The translations under genes were made by a program, and so were the position numbers. From the NCBI GenBank assembly GCA_040954595.2, contig CM082588.2:2764144-2828143 (forward strand): 64,000 nucleotides of DNA, given 5' to 3'. The notes under the pieces were generated by a model. It was not told where the DNA came from. It made no database searches and worked only from the letters and a program-made list of their open reading frames with translations. The DNA comes from Balanoglossus misakiensis (taxonomy: Eukaryota; Animalia; Hemichordata). Below are positions 13,401 through 28,200 of the stretch, one piece after another; position 1 is the first letter of the stretch; each line of letters opens with the position of its first letter.

Positions 13401-15350
13401 GGTGTAAAAATTAACACATTACGGTTGGCAAGGAGGCCCGTCCAAATCTTGGGGATTTCTTGTTCAGTTCTCTCGGGCAAACTGCCACGATTTCGTGTTC
13501 ATTTGTGTGTAAGTCAGTGGCTGGTCTGTAAGAAGTCGTGACAATGCTTTATATTCATTGTCCGTCCAGCATGTTCGAGGACTCGATTGTCAAAAACAAT
13601 TTCCAAAGTTGAACAAATAATCATATACTCTTAGGCTCTTCTTCCCTTTGTTGCTCACCCCGCTTGGGCGCTGCCCGGACTCTGTGTGAATATCTGGGCA
13701 GCTCCTTTGGTTGCTGCCAACAATATATAAGTTGACAGCGCTCTGATTGTTTGACAATTTTCTCTCTTATCCTGTCTTTTGATCTGTTTGCCTTGTTTTA
13801 TCCTGTCTTAGTCCGTCTCTCGAAAAAATGGCCGAGACTGGCCTTTAACGAACAAGAAGGGAATATTTTGTATGTGTGTCCCGTCCTGTCAGTTTTCAAG
13901 TTGGATCTTCTGTACATCATCACACGGGTATAAATTTTCCAAGAAAAGGTTGATAATATTGGCTTGGCGGTGGCCTGTGCCACCATCGTGGTTATCCTGT
14001 GGTGTGTAGCTTTATGTGATGATTAAAATGTCTTTGCAGGAAATATAGCTAGAAGGTATAGTATAAGAGCGCGAAGATCCCCGAAACATAAATTATCGGC
14101 ACACACATAAAACTTAGTGCTAGAGGGGACCACACTTTATTTAATTTTCAAGTAGCCGTGGGCAGAAACGGAGACCGGGGAATCAATCCTCAGGGTTGCT
14201 CAATCGACTTCCCTGCAGTTGAGTCGCGGTTTGAATGAAATCCAACCGAGGCTATCCCCGCGTGAACCGTAACGGTACATTCACATGTCATGAGCGAGAT
14301 TTACGAGAAGTTAACGAGGAGGGCGGGTGTTGGCTGCTTTGAACACCGCCCCGTTCACCGATCCATAGGAGGATGCCATGTCTGGTAGCATACACACGTA
14401 TTCAAGCACGACTAACGAGCTGCTGTGCCCGTTTGAGACTCAACAAAGCCGGCGAACCAAAGTCACAAAACCCGCATTGATGTTTGTAATTCTCCTGCCC
14501 ATTGACATATGATTCGCCCGGGGCGTTGACAAACGAGCCGGGCAAATCCGCGGGTATATTACCCGCTACTCCTTCGCTCTTCCACCCCCGCTACCTGTAT
14601 TTTTTTCCCTTCACAACAGCCACCGCGACACTCTCATTTCAGAGAACTCGGTGTCGCTGGAGGGGAAGGGGTTGTTAAGAGTAAAAGAGCGAGTCCTGTC
14701 GACAACATCAGTCACAGTACAGCTTGTATTCACTGGCGGGTTACACCGCATGTGGCGGCCAAGGTGGAGTTCCGCACGCCGAACCATGCAAACTCCCAAG
14801 AAAGTAACGAAGACAGACGTATATGACACCAAGTAGCCCCCCAACATCTGCACACAGCTTGCTCTCACTCATATTTTCTCTAGCATAACTGAAATGTTTA
14901 CCCAACTACTTTAACACACATTAAGCATTGGGTGTATGTACACACACGTACACTATACCGGGGCTTTGTTTATCTTTTAACGATGATGGGTATGAGCTTC
15001 TAGTGTTACGCATTGACCACTTCTGTTCAGAGCCCTGTATTTAAAACCAAATAGGACACACACTTGAAACCAATCAATCAATAGTCGTCCAACAAGCAAT
15101 GCCATTCGCGGTGCGCTACACCTGAAACTTTAGACAAGGCTTATAACACTTCAACCAACGTACTTTGAATTGCCCCCACTGGATGATCAAAAGTCTCCCC
15201 CCTTCTCCCCCTCCGCATCGGTCTGTGGGTTTCTGCCCTTTTCTCTCTCTCTCTAGCTCAACATCTTCAGTATTTCTGAAAATATTGTATTTGTGCAAAA
15301 CGTAGAGTTTTTACATTTAAAAGACGCACAGGCATAACCTTTGTCAATAC

Positions 15351-15390
15351 AAAAAAAAAAAAAAAAAAAAAAAAAAACGAAAAAAAAAAA
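15351..15390. repeat. Poly(A) tract
   Basis: About 40 nt of A interrupted by one cg. Confidence 0.9.
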
Positions 15391-15959
15391 TTGATGCCCG
15401 CATCAAATACTTCCGAAACTAAAATTATCCTTCGACTTTTTTCCAGGTCAATGCGTCGACTATTAATATTTTTAATGAACGATACTGGTATACCTTCGTT
15501 ACCCCAGGGCACACGTTTAAAGAATTGTCTCTTTTTATACAAAGCCATTGTTTTAATTATTTTAGGTGACATATAGCATCTGAGTTGTGTTGGATTCGAA
15601 AATATTCACTGCGTCGATATCACTACCTATTGTCGGTACGAGTTTCCGATAACTTGGAACGCGTCTCAAATTAAAAGAAACAATAAGAATGGACACACTA
15701 ACAGTTTGAGATTAACGCCACCTCGGTCGTGTGAGAACACTGTCAAACAAGCTCGTTCCCTGGCCGCTGTCTTCGCCGGGTACCCTGAATACAATCGACT
15801 CGGATAATATAGAAAGTCAGCGGTTATTAATTGCACCGTGAGTGAATTGGATAGTATTGTATGGATTTCAGTGCTCAGAGCTGTTATAGTGTTAAGATTT
15901 ACAAAACTATAGTCGACAATAGGGGGGGGGGGGAGCAGCCCGGCCATTGCAGTTTAGCG

Positions 15960-16256
15960 GGCGCTCATTGGTGGAGGGTGGTACTTACCGAGGGTTCAAT
16001 TAGCCACAAGTCGGCTTATGTTATGCTAAACTAAGTCTTCTCTCCTTCAGCCAATCCATGCTGCACCGACACAGAGCTCCATTCGAGTAACCGCTGTACG
16101 CCCGGGTCAGAAGGTATACGGGAATAGTTGACAGCCCCTTCCACGCTCTCTCACGACTCGCCTGGTCGGGACACACACATCCGCCGTGCCGCTCCAGCAG
16201 AAGTATTCGCCGGTTTCCCGTAAAAAAGGCGCTGTGCTCACCCGAAGACCCGAGAA
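15960..16256 (+). promoter_or_regulatory. Putative NR2E1 proximal promoter and 5' UTR
   Basis: GC/CpG-rich segment with CCAAT boxes (attgg ~15967, ccaat ~16051) immediately upstream of the exon-1 ATG at 16257. The TSS cannot be determined from sequence. Confidence 0.5.
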
Positions 16257-19200
16257 ATGAACAAGACCAGCACCACCTCAAGTACGTCTGAAATTCCCCT
16301 CTTTCTATTTTTTTCTTCTTATAAAATATTAAGAATCCGCCGTTGGAAATATTGTTTGGTGTTGTTGAGCGAAGACTGACATGAGGAAGAGGAGGGTGAT
16401 CAGTCTGTGAACCAATGTGTGTTGGCGGATTATTCTCATTAGCAGTTTGACTTGATACTATAGTCGCATTGCATTGAAACATAGAAGGCGTGACGGTGCA
16501 CTTCACCCTAACGTCTGAAGCAACGGGACTGAAATCCGAACCCGTTGCGCCTACTCCGCGACAACCTGTTGCGTTCGGCTCGGAAAACTCACTCGCTGGA
16601 ATTTCCACGATAAATTGAGTGGTGATGTGAATACACGAGCGTCTGCTTACTCATATACGAGCTTTTTAAAGTGTAACAGATCGGCGCTGCCCAACCACAG
16701 CGTTGATAGAAACCCTCTTCACAATGGTCCATTTAGCAAGGCCCTAAAAAGACACTGAGACGTTAAACATGTTAAATGAAATATTGCCTCGCGCAAAATC
16801 ATTCGAGTCTTGTTTATGTTTCAGTTCGGCATGTTTCAACGACCTTATCGTTTCAACAGTCATTGTCCCAGCTTCTGAAAGAAACTGAAGCCACGCATTC
16901 GAAAAAAAAACTGCAGGACACATTTTATGACATAACTTATCGCTGAGTGATTTTTGTCGATAATTCTCACACATTCGAACAAAAATTCAGGCGCTGCCAT
17001 CGCGGGCTTTGCAGCGGAGTGGACGCGCTCGAGGAGGTCAAATTATTTCGTTTCTGGCCCGCTCAAAAAGTCCAGCTTGATTTTTTTGGGAGTTGGGAAA
17101 CAGATACACGGGAGCGATAGGTTTAACTCATTTAAGATTATTAAACAAAGGGTGGTATTCTTTCAAGGGTAAGCCTTTGATACGCAATTAGTAAACCACA
17201 CTCTTCGAATGATTAAACACCGGTAGGAACACCAATAAGAACGCATGTGGTTTCACATTGCGTCCGTATACCCAACAACGTGCATATGCTGTCTGTCCGC
17301 ACTGATTCATCTAAAATGCCTTGTAGATTCACCAGGTGAAACTAACCAATGGAATCGCTTCTTGAGCCAAGCCACGTTTAGTTACCGGCGAAGCATCTGT
17401 TGTGAAATGCACAATATGAAACGTACAACGTGAAATGTACAAAGTGAAATTTACAGACTGGATCGAGCTGTCGACCAAAACTATGCTGATTACATGTCTG
17501 GCTCTGGTGTTGTGAAGCTGCCGCTATAAACCCGAAGCCAGTCAAAGCGAATGAAGGTCCCACTTAGAAATTAGAAATTCCAATCTTACTTTTATCGAGT
17601 CGCCGGCGCTACCCGCAGTTACCTAATCTGAAATGTATCTCAAGAAAGTTCGCAACAGTATGTAAATTGCATAAACCACAGACACCTGGCAAGTAGGATA
17701 GCTATCTTCAAAACCGCTGAAGGTTAACAAATAAGATGGCCTTCTTCTCTGATTGTTTTCACGAATGGTTTCTAAAAAAAATTACAATATGTTTTCTTAG
17801 GACTCGCTTATTGTGGTCCAGAAAAATCTTGTAATCGAAGCGAGTCAAGGCTATCACAATCCGAATTATTCTTGTTTTTTGTCTTTAACACGTCGGAGCG
17901 ACTCGTGATCTTGCAAGAAGGTCGCGAGTGAATACAAATTTAGGGATAATCGGTTTGACGGGAAAGTGAAGTTTTCGCAGCACTTTGAATGAAGAAATTT
18001 CAGCGTGCAGCGAGTGGAATTTCTGAGACAACAGAGAAAATATCGTTAATGGAGATCCAGTCTTTGTGTTAAAAGTCAGATCTAAAGGTATGGTTTCAAA
18101 CTGCTCTTGTTATGGTGCAGCGCTTCCGTTGATTCCAGAAATGTACTCGGCGTCTAATAACGCCATCTTTTTTTAATATTCTAAGCATTCTTTCACGTGT
18201 TACAAAGGAAGTGTTAGTCACTCTTGTGAAAAGCAAGGAAGTTTTCATTTTTTTATTTGATGGTATTGAACCATTTGCTTGTCGCTTTGAAACGAAATAC
18301 CTCGAAGAGGAAGGAAATCGTTTTGACGCGGAGAGGGAGGGCAAACAGGCGCTGAAGGTGTCAGTAAGATTGACACAGTTCCGCTGGCGAGGAAACTATT
18401 ATATCAACGATTTTTTCTATTTTAAGGTTTTTGTTTTAACTGTTCGTTTAATACACAGCTTAGTATTTGAGTTGCACACGTACCGCGGCACTTAACCTCG
18501 GCGCGACAAAAAATAACGTGTCTCGAAAAAAAATAATACTAAGTAGGGTATTGAATTACATTGATTGACTTGTTGTCGTTTTCGTATTCCAATTAATATC
18601 TCATAACTTTTTTAATTGAAACATTGGTGGCCATCAATGGGGAACGTGTGGTGTCCCATTGTCATTGGAGTAGGTGTCGTGATGGGGTACCATCACACGC
18701 TACCTCTGGCCATGTCAACTCCGAACGAAGCTTGTTTGAGGCGTGTTTGAACAACGGGCGAAAAACAGGCATTTCGGAAATGGTCATTGTTCTTTTTCTA
18801 GTAAACTCTCAATGTCGCGTTGGTATATATTTTGTTTTCAAAGTGCCGTCTCGCACCCCATGAATCTATTAACGAATGAATCCATATCTGTTTCTGGTGT
18901 CACGTTGTTTAGATTAAGCCACAGAGGACAGGTAACCTATACGGCGCTTTTTACTGAATAATTTAAAAATATATGTATATGTATTTAGGTATGTATGTAC
19001 ATATCGACTGTCATTTTTTGGAATTTATCATTAGCATGTTTCCTTTCAGTTGACACTAACGAAAATCAAAGCATATCTGCTCATATACGCGCTTATATTT
19101 TCAGCCACGTGATTCAAATTTCAGGCCCTGAAAACCATGGCCAACGCACTAGACGATAGAGTAAAGCACACAGCCGTGACCTCAATCAAAATTACTATTA

Positions 19201-22200
19201 AAATAAACATTTACCACGTGAAAGAGATAATAGATCATTTAAAGCGAAATGAGGTATTCTCAGAACCGTGCGCCCGTAATTACCGATGAAATGGGATATA
19301 TCGATTTTGGGGTTTATTAAATCCCCACCCCGTTTTCCCACATTCGATTCAAGTGTTAACTTTGGTGCTGGTGTTAAGTAACTTTTAAGAGAATTGCTCG
19401 GGTCAGTAAGAGTTCTCTTCGGATGGTGCCAAAACCTCTCATCGACGCCGGGAGGGACAGAGGGGAAACGCTCTGACTTTATGCATGGTTTAGGCACAGA
19501 CAGAGTGGTTTAAGTCAGAACAACCTGGAAAGTAATGTGGACTGCCACGACCTTCAAAGTCTGTGTGACAGTTACACATATACATCGATCGGTGTCAGCT
19601 TACATGTTCGACTTGTTCACTTCTACAAATATTAAACGCGATAAAATATGACATCTGTGTTGTGCGAACATTCAGGACCCTGAAAGTAAAATCAATAAAT
19701 CAAAAAAAGCCAATTGTCGAGGGAACTTTTTTGCATTCACCAGCGGGGTCGACGTACATAATCGTCGGAATAGAAATAACATTTCGGGTTTACTGGTATT
19801 TATCCATCTGATTACTCGCTGATCGAATTCAGAAATGAAGTCCTGCCGGCACATGCGCAATAATGATTTCCATACATGTCGTCTGGTGCAGGTTTTATTA
19901 TATATTAAGATATTCACTTACCGGAAATAATAAATTTACAGTAATCTTTATAAAAAAAATCTGGAGATCTAGTTTAATCCCCAGCGTAAGACATTATTTC
20001 CATCTTAATATAAACGACAGTAAATGACATCAAAAGTATGTATGCTCTTGTCAGAGCCGCGGAGTGCGTAGACTCGACCATATAACTCCTATCTACATTT
20101 CACCCCCAGGGCCATATCGATAAGAGTTGCAACATATGGTTCAAAATTCACAACAAGTTTGTAAATCTGGGGAAAGGGGGGATTTCCGATATTGTTCTGT
20201 TTATTGATGTTTCAAATATTTTAACCGCGTGGATCGATCGTTGCGTTTAGCCTCTTTGGAATATTGTCGTCGCCTGGCCACTGACAATAATTCTGCCAAA
20301 ACTTGTGTATACTGACAATGACCGCACAGCGAAAAAAAGATGAAAAAGCTTTTTAAATCTACGGTCTTGTTCAAGTAAATTCGTTGGTGTCAGCTTTTGG
20401 AAGGCGTCTTTGATAAATGTGAAATATCCATGTTTTCTTTCGTAGCGGGATTAATAATTTAACATGTCCAGTGTTCCGGTGTCTATTTCCTCGTCAATGG
20501 TGTCAATTTCATGGGAATGCGTTCGGCGACTGGGTGATTATTTTTAGTTAAGCATTGTCTCATTTACGTAGATTTTTTTGAAGTCGAGCCAAATGTCACA
20601 GCGATGCCGTTATAGTTCCCACGGAAGATTTTAGTTTGAGACCGAGGAAATTTGCTCTTTTGTGAATTGCCTTAGTCGTCGTGTTTGGTGCCAACGAGAG
20701 CGAATTTCCTGTTTCCGCTGTTTCCGCTATTTCATTTTTTTTTTCAATTCGCGTGCTTTTAGTACCACGGTATCCATTCACATGAATTTTCAACGATTAT
20801 AATTTCAAACGAAGGTTACTTCGCCAAGATGTACGTATCAGTCTGTTGCTATTGCATGGATAGTACATGTCGCATATTTAAGAAAACTGGTATAGTCAAT
20901 CTAGAAAACTTCATGATGGAAAAAGGTTGCTGGTATTTTCCATTTCAACTGCGATTTCATTTGACGCGAAGAAATCGTTCGCTTTATGGAAACGAGTGAT
21001 TGCCGGTAAAAAGTAAGAATCTGAGATTTTGGGGTCAACCAAACTTGAAAGTTTGAAATAACTTTTCTTGCCACCTGCAAATCAGGCAGTGTGTTGATAC
21101 AAATGAATGGAGGAGTATTAAGACCGGGTCTCAATTTGGCAGTCACACACCGATCGTGCTGTCGGGCAAGTTCGGGAGATGTTACGCCTACGCGAATCAA
21201 CAGGTCCTGGCAAGCTAAACAGAAGCGGACTAGCCCCCGATGATGTTTCCCGTGTTTAAAATTGATTGGTTACAATAACAGTATGTGACTTCCACCCAAG
21301 ATCAATTTGCGAACGTAACGGCCTCTTGTAAGGCAAAGCATTGGGTATTGATCGATCCGTGACCACAGTATTTTTTTTTTGCTCGATGTCTTGTTTTTTG
21401 TTTCTGTTCAAAGCGTCTGCAGTACTGTGTCTTTTTCTCCTTTTGTCCGCGCTTGTCTGTCGGTGTCATCGTTTAAACCGCGACTTCCATTCAAGAAGTC
21501 AGACTGCATTGTTTCTTCTTCTTAAACGTGGCCACGGGCTTGATTTTGGCCCATTGCAATTCTATTAAGAGTATCTTGTCAAATCCGGGGCTGGCGGATA
21601 CGGCTTTAGCCCGATCTCCCCCGATTGTTTGTGAAACCCGTTCCGCCGTGCCCGACTGAACAAGAAGTCGACAGGTATACAGTGGAAACGTGACAAAAAA
21701 CTGCCTTGTAATCTGTTTTGTAAACAGCGCTGGTGGATTTGGTCGGGGATGTGGGAAACACGGCCAATCCACCCGACTTGGCCAGAGAAACGATATACCT
21801 TTTCTCGGGAAAATGTCCTAAGAGCAAGAACGGCGTAAAGCGAAGCACACACCAGTTATAATAAACATGTGAATAGAAACGATAGAAAATGTAACAATGA
21901 AAAAAAGTTCTAGAAGCCCGGAATAATATCATCATTACAGCCGACGAGAATGCCAGGCATTATTTTTTGCCGAAGGGCAGTGACAACGTTAAAAATACTG
22001 GTGGAGTTTTTATCTCAATAACATTGATTATGGAGTTTATTTCCCTATCAATAAAACGGTCACTTTACAAGTAATTGTCGAAGGAGCTAATTGCTTGTTT
22101 TTAAAAGTCTCAATCACGGATTTCTCGGGGTAAGAGCCAGGTGATGATATAACAACGGGGTTCTGTTCAGTGTCAAATCGGTGTTGGAGAAATCTGTACA

Positions 22201-25200
22201 CAAAAAAACACATGTACATGTACGTCTCGTTGACGAGCCTATTCTATACTCCGCCGGGATAAGTATGCCAAACATCCGCGCCAAAGAATCGAGTCTTTCG
22301 ATAACAATGACTTTGTCATCGATCTGCAGTCACGGAAGGCTGAGGACAAGCGAGATTCCCTGAACAATGACAAAAAGCGATCGATCGCGACGGTTTCTTG
22401 TCGTGTGATCTCTGTCGGAGTGGATGCTCGCCGCATACCACAGATTCTAGTCTTTCGCGCATTCTTTTAAATTAGTGATTTTTTATCGCGAGTTGTTGGA
22501 TCTGGTGAAACTATGGTCAACTGTCACTTGAAAGTCGATTACTCAACACTCCATCTTTTTTTACAGTCGACAAAAGGCTTCATGATTTATCCGCATTTAA
22601 AAGAAAGTCAACAAGCGACCTGACAGGCTACATTTAAATCCGCACCCCATCTGCCTTATGTCAAGGTAGCAGACGCGACTATAAGCCTGGTCGGTATGTC
22701 TTGTCGAGGATCAAACGCGCTTTGAGGGGATTTAAGGGCGAAAGAATACCCGTTATTATTGGCTGGTTTGTCGGTCTAAGAAAATTATACATCGAAACGC
22801 TGGGTACTTAGGAAATCAGGCGACAGGTTAACAAATCTCAATTTCTGATGAGCTGGTGGAAATACTGCAGCAATTTTATGCTTCGCGTCGCTCTGACACT
22901 GAATCCCAGAGATATGGGTTAATCGTGTCAGATTATCAGAGAATATAGTGAAATGAGGGGGAAGCCTCGCCTCCCGTCCCCCCGTTTTTAATTTCCTCTA
23001 TTCACAGAGACAAAGATTGTATAGACAGGGAGCGGGATCACTCTAACACCAAAACGATTTTTTTTCCTGTCAATTTCACTGAATAAGCGTAATTAGGATT
23101 CCCCTGTGCGGACATTATTCGGGTCTCCAGCGTTCTGCAGAAAATCACGCGTCAGCCACAGGTGCCGGTTGCTAGGGAAAAATAGTATTACGAACGAAAA
23201 ATACAACCGAAATGCAATAATTTCCTCAATTTGGGGATGGGAGCTGAAACACATCCATCCGTTCATCTGCATGCAAATAAAGCACTGTGAAATCACCGGA
23301 AATCATTTGTCTGAACGCGATTCAGCACGGAATAGAACCAGGGTATATGTATATAATATAATTAGATTATATCATATGAATAAAATAGCGACGAGAAAAT
23401 CTACATGTATATAAAAAAACTCGTCTCGTTAAAATTGTCTTATTTTAATTATTGATGAATATATTGGCAGGTCTGGTTACTGGTCGTAGTGGGAAATTGT
23501 CCCATATGTTTTAATGCAGTGTGTTTTCAATCCCATTTGTCAAAACGTATGTTGGAATGACAATGTCTTTCTTTCCTTCAGGCCGCATTTTGGACATCCC
23601 ATGTAAAGTGTGCGGTGATCGCAGTTCTGGCAAACACTACGGCGTCTACGCCTGCGATGGCTGCAGCGGCTTCTTCAAGCGGAGCATCCGAAGAAATCGC
23701 CAGTACGTCTGCAAGAACAAAGGCAGCGGACCGTGCCCGATAGACAAGACGCACAGAAACCAGTGCCGAGCCTGCAGACTCAAGAAATGCATCGAAGTTG
23801 AAATGAATAAGGATGGTAAGTGGGCATAATCTAGTAGTAGGTGTATGGTGGATAGTTGTGTTGTGTTGTGTTGTTTTGTGTTGTGTTTCAGAAAAAAGAG
23901 ACACATTTGCCAACTTTGATGATTATCCGGCAACCAAAAAGGCCACCGTACTTTTTCAAAACTTGCGGAGGAAAATAACCACCTGTTGATTTCATGGAAA
24001 GCAAAGCGGAGACCATCAGTTTCCAGAACACCGTACTTCTCTCTTAGAAGCCACAAAAAACCATGACAACAGAGAAGCGTGGACAGATTTCGAGAACCAC
24101 CATGACCCTTCATGAAAGCGGTATTCTTCCCTCTAAACGGTTAACGCTTGGGGGACAGCTTCGAATCAATTCTGAAATTTGTACGGCGCGCAGTTAATAC
24201 CAATGGCGATAGTTTGCATTTCTTAAACGAATTGTCATTCATCGCCACCGGTAAGTTAACCTTGCTTGACATCAATTAGCAGAAGGGTCTTCATCTCAAC
24301 ACGAGCAATTTCCTGACGGTGTCCAACAAACGAGTATATTAAAAAGAGATACCGTGGCTCACTTCAATTCAAATATACGCTGAAGCGCCGCATGCGTGAT
24401 AGATCTATTGGGCAGAGCAGGTATCGCCTCAACAAAACCATGAGTGCACCTTTAACCCGCAGCCTCATCCCCTCGCTGACATTTTGAAAAAAAATAACGG
24501 TACCATCAGATCATTAGAATCTGCATCCCTCCCGTAATGATCTGCTGCTAAGATTGAGTAACCCACCGAACACCAAAGTCAATAGAACGTGGCTTGAAAT
24601 GTAACGACCCGCCAAAATCATTTACTGGGCAAACAATAGCGCATGCTCGCCAGTGTTTATGAAACGGACATGCGAAATTAATTGCATTGCTCAGCTTGGC
24701 GGCTGAATGGACTCCATGTATTCATTTCTCGTTTAACGACACACTGAGACCAAATCGACGAGCTGTCGGTAGCTTTGTTCTCCCGTATTTTGCCTCACGC
24801 TGCGACACTTGGCCGAAGTTTTCCGAAGATGAATTGCACCATTTACGGCAAACAGCAGTGTAGCAAGTTGCGCACTTTTTTTCTCAACCAACAGAAATTT
24901 TCACATGATGTTATCAATTTTGATGGCCTGCCCTACGTTCCCACTTGTAGCTTATCCGTTTTGCACCAAAGCATGGTATGATTGAAACGACGGAAAGTGT
25001 TACTTCCGAAAGTGTTTTTAGTAGACATTCCGGCATCGATTTCTGCCAAGCTTAAAATATTACAAAGCCAATAAAATTCCAGTTTCGGCAGCAGATACCA
25101 GTCGAAGACGATTGGCATTTACTAATCTGCTCTCAAGTTCAATAGGTCGATTTTATCAGTCTAGACACGCCGTTTTTTTGGTTTCATGAACTTCTATTCT

Positions 25201-28200
25201 AAAAGTCTACTGTTAAATTATTCTTGAAAGGTTTCTCGGCCTTTTTTTTCTCTGGTGATGATTGGTGTTTGGTTTGTCGCACGTTGTGTCGCGATCGATC
25301 CGCGGTGCTTCGAAACGGAAAATAAATAACAAACAAAGGCTAAGCCTGAGCTGGAAACGGACTTGTTGATTCCAGCGACTAATTATAATTTATGACGCAC
25401 AATAACTTTCTTATATTACAGAACGCCAGTGGCACTGCGTCCGTGGTTCCCACACACTTGCGTGAGAATCGTGCGGTTGATATTTTTCTTAAATGAAAAG
25501 CGATTCGTTGGCTTCAGGACTTGTGCAGGCGCGACTGCGATTGCGCTCTACGCCGAGCCCAGCGTGTGAGGAGTTTCACGACGAATATATCGCCGCGTCT
25601 CGTATGAATTTCAGTTGTGAGAAAACACAAACTTGTTACCTCTATAGACATATTGTACCCCCCCCCCCCCTCCCTCCCCAAGCCCCGCTACCTTGTAAAG
25701 CCCTGGTTTGCGGCAAAATCAAGGCGTCTTTTCACACCAGAAACTTGCACGGCGAATCAAAAAGTTCCCTCGCGTGCATTTGTTTTCTTTTCCGGTACCA
25801 TGAAATAATCTTACGGTAAATCCTGACCAGGGGGAAGCAAGTGAAGTCAGCTATCGAACTCTACTCATTAACAGTAACCCAGAACGAAGTTAAGCCTTGT
25901 CAGGTTTTTCAAGAGAGTATCATGTTTCTAATATGTGGCTAAGGAGTGGCCACTCGCCCCGTATCTAAACAAGAAGCGCTGCAGAGAACTCCATTGTTGT
26001 CCGTTCTGTGATGCCTGTGCCATTCAAGTCGCCACATCGCCAGAGGTAAAGTTTAGATTACACTATCTCATAGCTGCCGCCTTATTGTTGTGTTTTTTTT
26101 TCTGTTTCGGCCATTCAGATACAACAACTGTCGGAGAAAAATACTTTCTTGCGGCGGACCGATTCGGTACCTTGTTCGGTGTGCGCACCCGCTTCATTAT
26201 CCCACCGCTCCTGACAAAAGAAAAAAACGCCAAGCCGGGAAAACCGAGCTCGTCGGAGTGCAAGTGTGGGAAAACGGCAGAATCGGTGAATGTTTTGTGA
26301 AACGGAATTCTAAAAGACCCCAGGGACTGGGGATTTAAAAAAAAGCCAAGTTAAGTTGATATGAAGGAGAAACGCATATGGTTTAATTACTTCTTCAGTG
26401 GATCAGCCGCGGTGATCAATATATCTTATATTTCACGTGGAAATATTTTCACTCGTATCAATACGCGCTACGTATGGCAAACAAACGCACAGTCAAAGTT
26501 GATAAAAGTAGCCATATTTGCCTATATAAATTACTATCTAAAATTCCAATGCCCCATAATTGGATCAAGGAGGAAGTTTCGAGGATTTACCGTTCGGTTA
26601 TGTGTTTTTTTTGGAATAAAAAGGCGCCAAATTCGTCACTTGACGTGACCTTCTTATGTCATCTGACGTCATCACGCCTTGATGGTTCTCTATGGCGGCT
26701 GTCCTTGCCGAATTCGAAACATCTTTAGAAACAGTTTATCTCAAAATCTCGGTGACTGGCTACTTTGAAAGGGGAAAAATACGCCATCAAGGCCAAAGAG
26801 CCAATTAGGCGATCTAGCGCCAAGACAAAAAATATTGTTTGAGAAATGACAGTTTTGTTTGTGGGGAGGGGGTGGTTTGGCGAGCAGGCATAACGGGTGA
26901 GCGCCTGCATTTCAATTTTCGTTTAACAAACTTTACTCGCAGGATAGGACTTACTGGCAAAAGACGTTCGTTACTACTTGGTTGTTGTTGATTGTGTTGT
27001 TATTGTTGTTGTTCTAAGTGGGATATGACGAATAAGATCGCGTTAGATTTTTTTGGCAATGGGTAAACAGGCGGCTGCAAGGTTTGGTGAGAAGTTAGCG
27101 TTATAGTTTAGTTTTTCTCATACTTAGCGGCGATTTGAGTCTAACGCGTGTTTTTCAAATGGAAAGTTGATCCGAAGAGTTTTTTTCTCCGATAGACAGA
27201 GTCAGAGATTGTGGATACTGGATACTTTGACTTGGCCACCATTAAGCCTTTCTCCATTGTCCGAGTTGATTTGTTTGATGGACAGCGATGCCTGTTGTCT
27301 TTCTCTGTCACAGATCAGTCTGCTAAGGGTTCTCTCTCTCTCTCTCATTGTAGACACATGTCAATTCTTAACACGGCGCCCCATACAGGACTAGCATGTA
27401 CCATACAGCGGGCATTCAGCGGATCTGTTCTTGACAAACTTCTGAATGTCCCGCTGTGAAAAGGCATGACATTGGGTCGCCTAGCTAGCGGTTCAAAAGG
27501 CAACTCGAGATAGGACGAAGTTAGCCAAACTTTGTAGAGCTTATCTGAAAGAGAGGCCCCCTAACAGACAAAGGTCACGGGGCTTTGTAAGGCATCCCCC
27601 ATAGGAGACCGGATCTTCGCCGAACACAAAACACCGCATCGCTAGTATTTTGAAGACGCTCAAAAGCTTCTCTTCGGCTCTGAATATCGTCCAGTCACTG
27701 CCCAGAACGCTTTCAATGCTTGTTTTGTGCTGGGCTTCTCTCCACCAAAGAATGGTGGGCCCTGGACATCACAGCTGCGCAAACAGACCGAAACAGGCAC
27801 ACAATGTGTGTGAATATAGCTCAGAGTTTTCTTCATTTACTACCTACAAAAATAACACAGAAACAACTGACTTTGTTCACCCAAACCTTATTAACTGTAT
27901 TCTCTGCGATATATTTCACCACTGCCCATTTCAAGACGTTTACACTGTCCATACAAAATAAAAAGGTGTGGACGTTACATATTCTGGAAATGTACACTTT
28001 TTTGAAGTGAGCTCCGTGCTGGGGCTCGTGTTCCGGGGAGTACCACCTCTGCCCCGGTGCGAAGGATGAGCGACACCACCTTGACTTGCTAGCCCTGAAG
28101 ACCGTGCCAACCCCGAAAAGTCAAGATACGGTGCAGAAATGAACACCTCCTTTTTTTCCCTGAACAGTGACATGTACATGCCGCGCTGAATGGACAAACC

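Noticed and set aside
16021-16608. 195-aa minus-strand ORF
   Set aside because: Antisense to the GC-rich NR2E1 promoter and exon 1; no protein-like features.
23521-23581. In-frame Met codons upstream of the DBD exon as the NR2E1 start
   Set aside because: They lie in the polypyrimidine/acceptor region. A better-matching exon 1 exists at 16257-16281.
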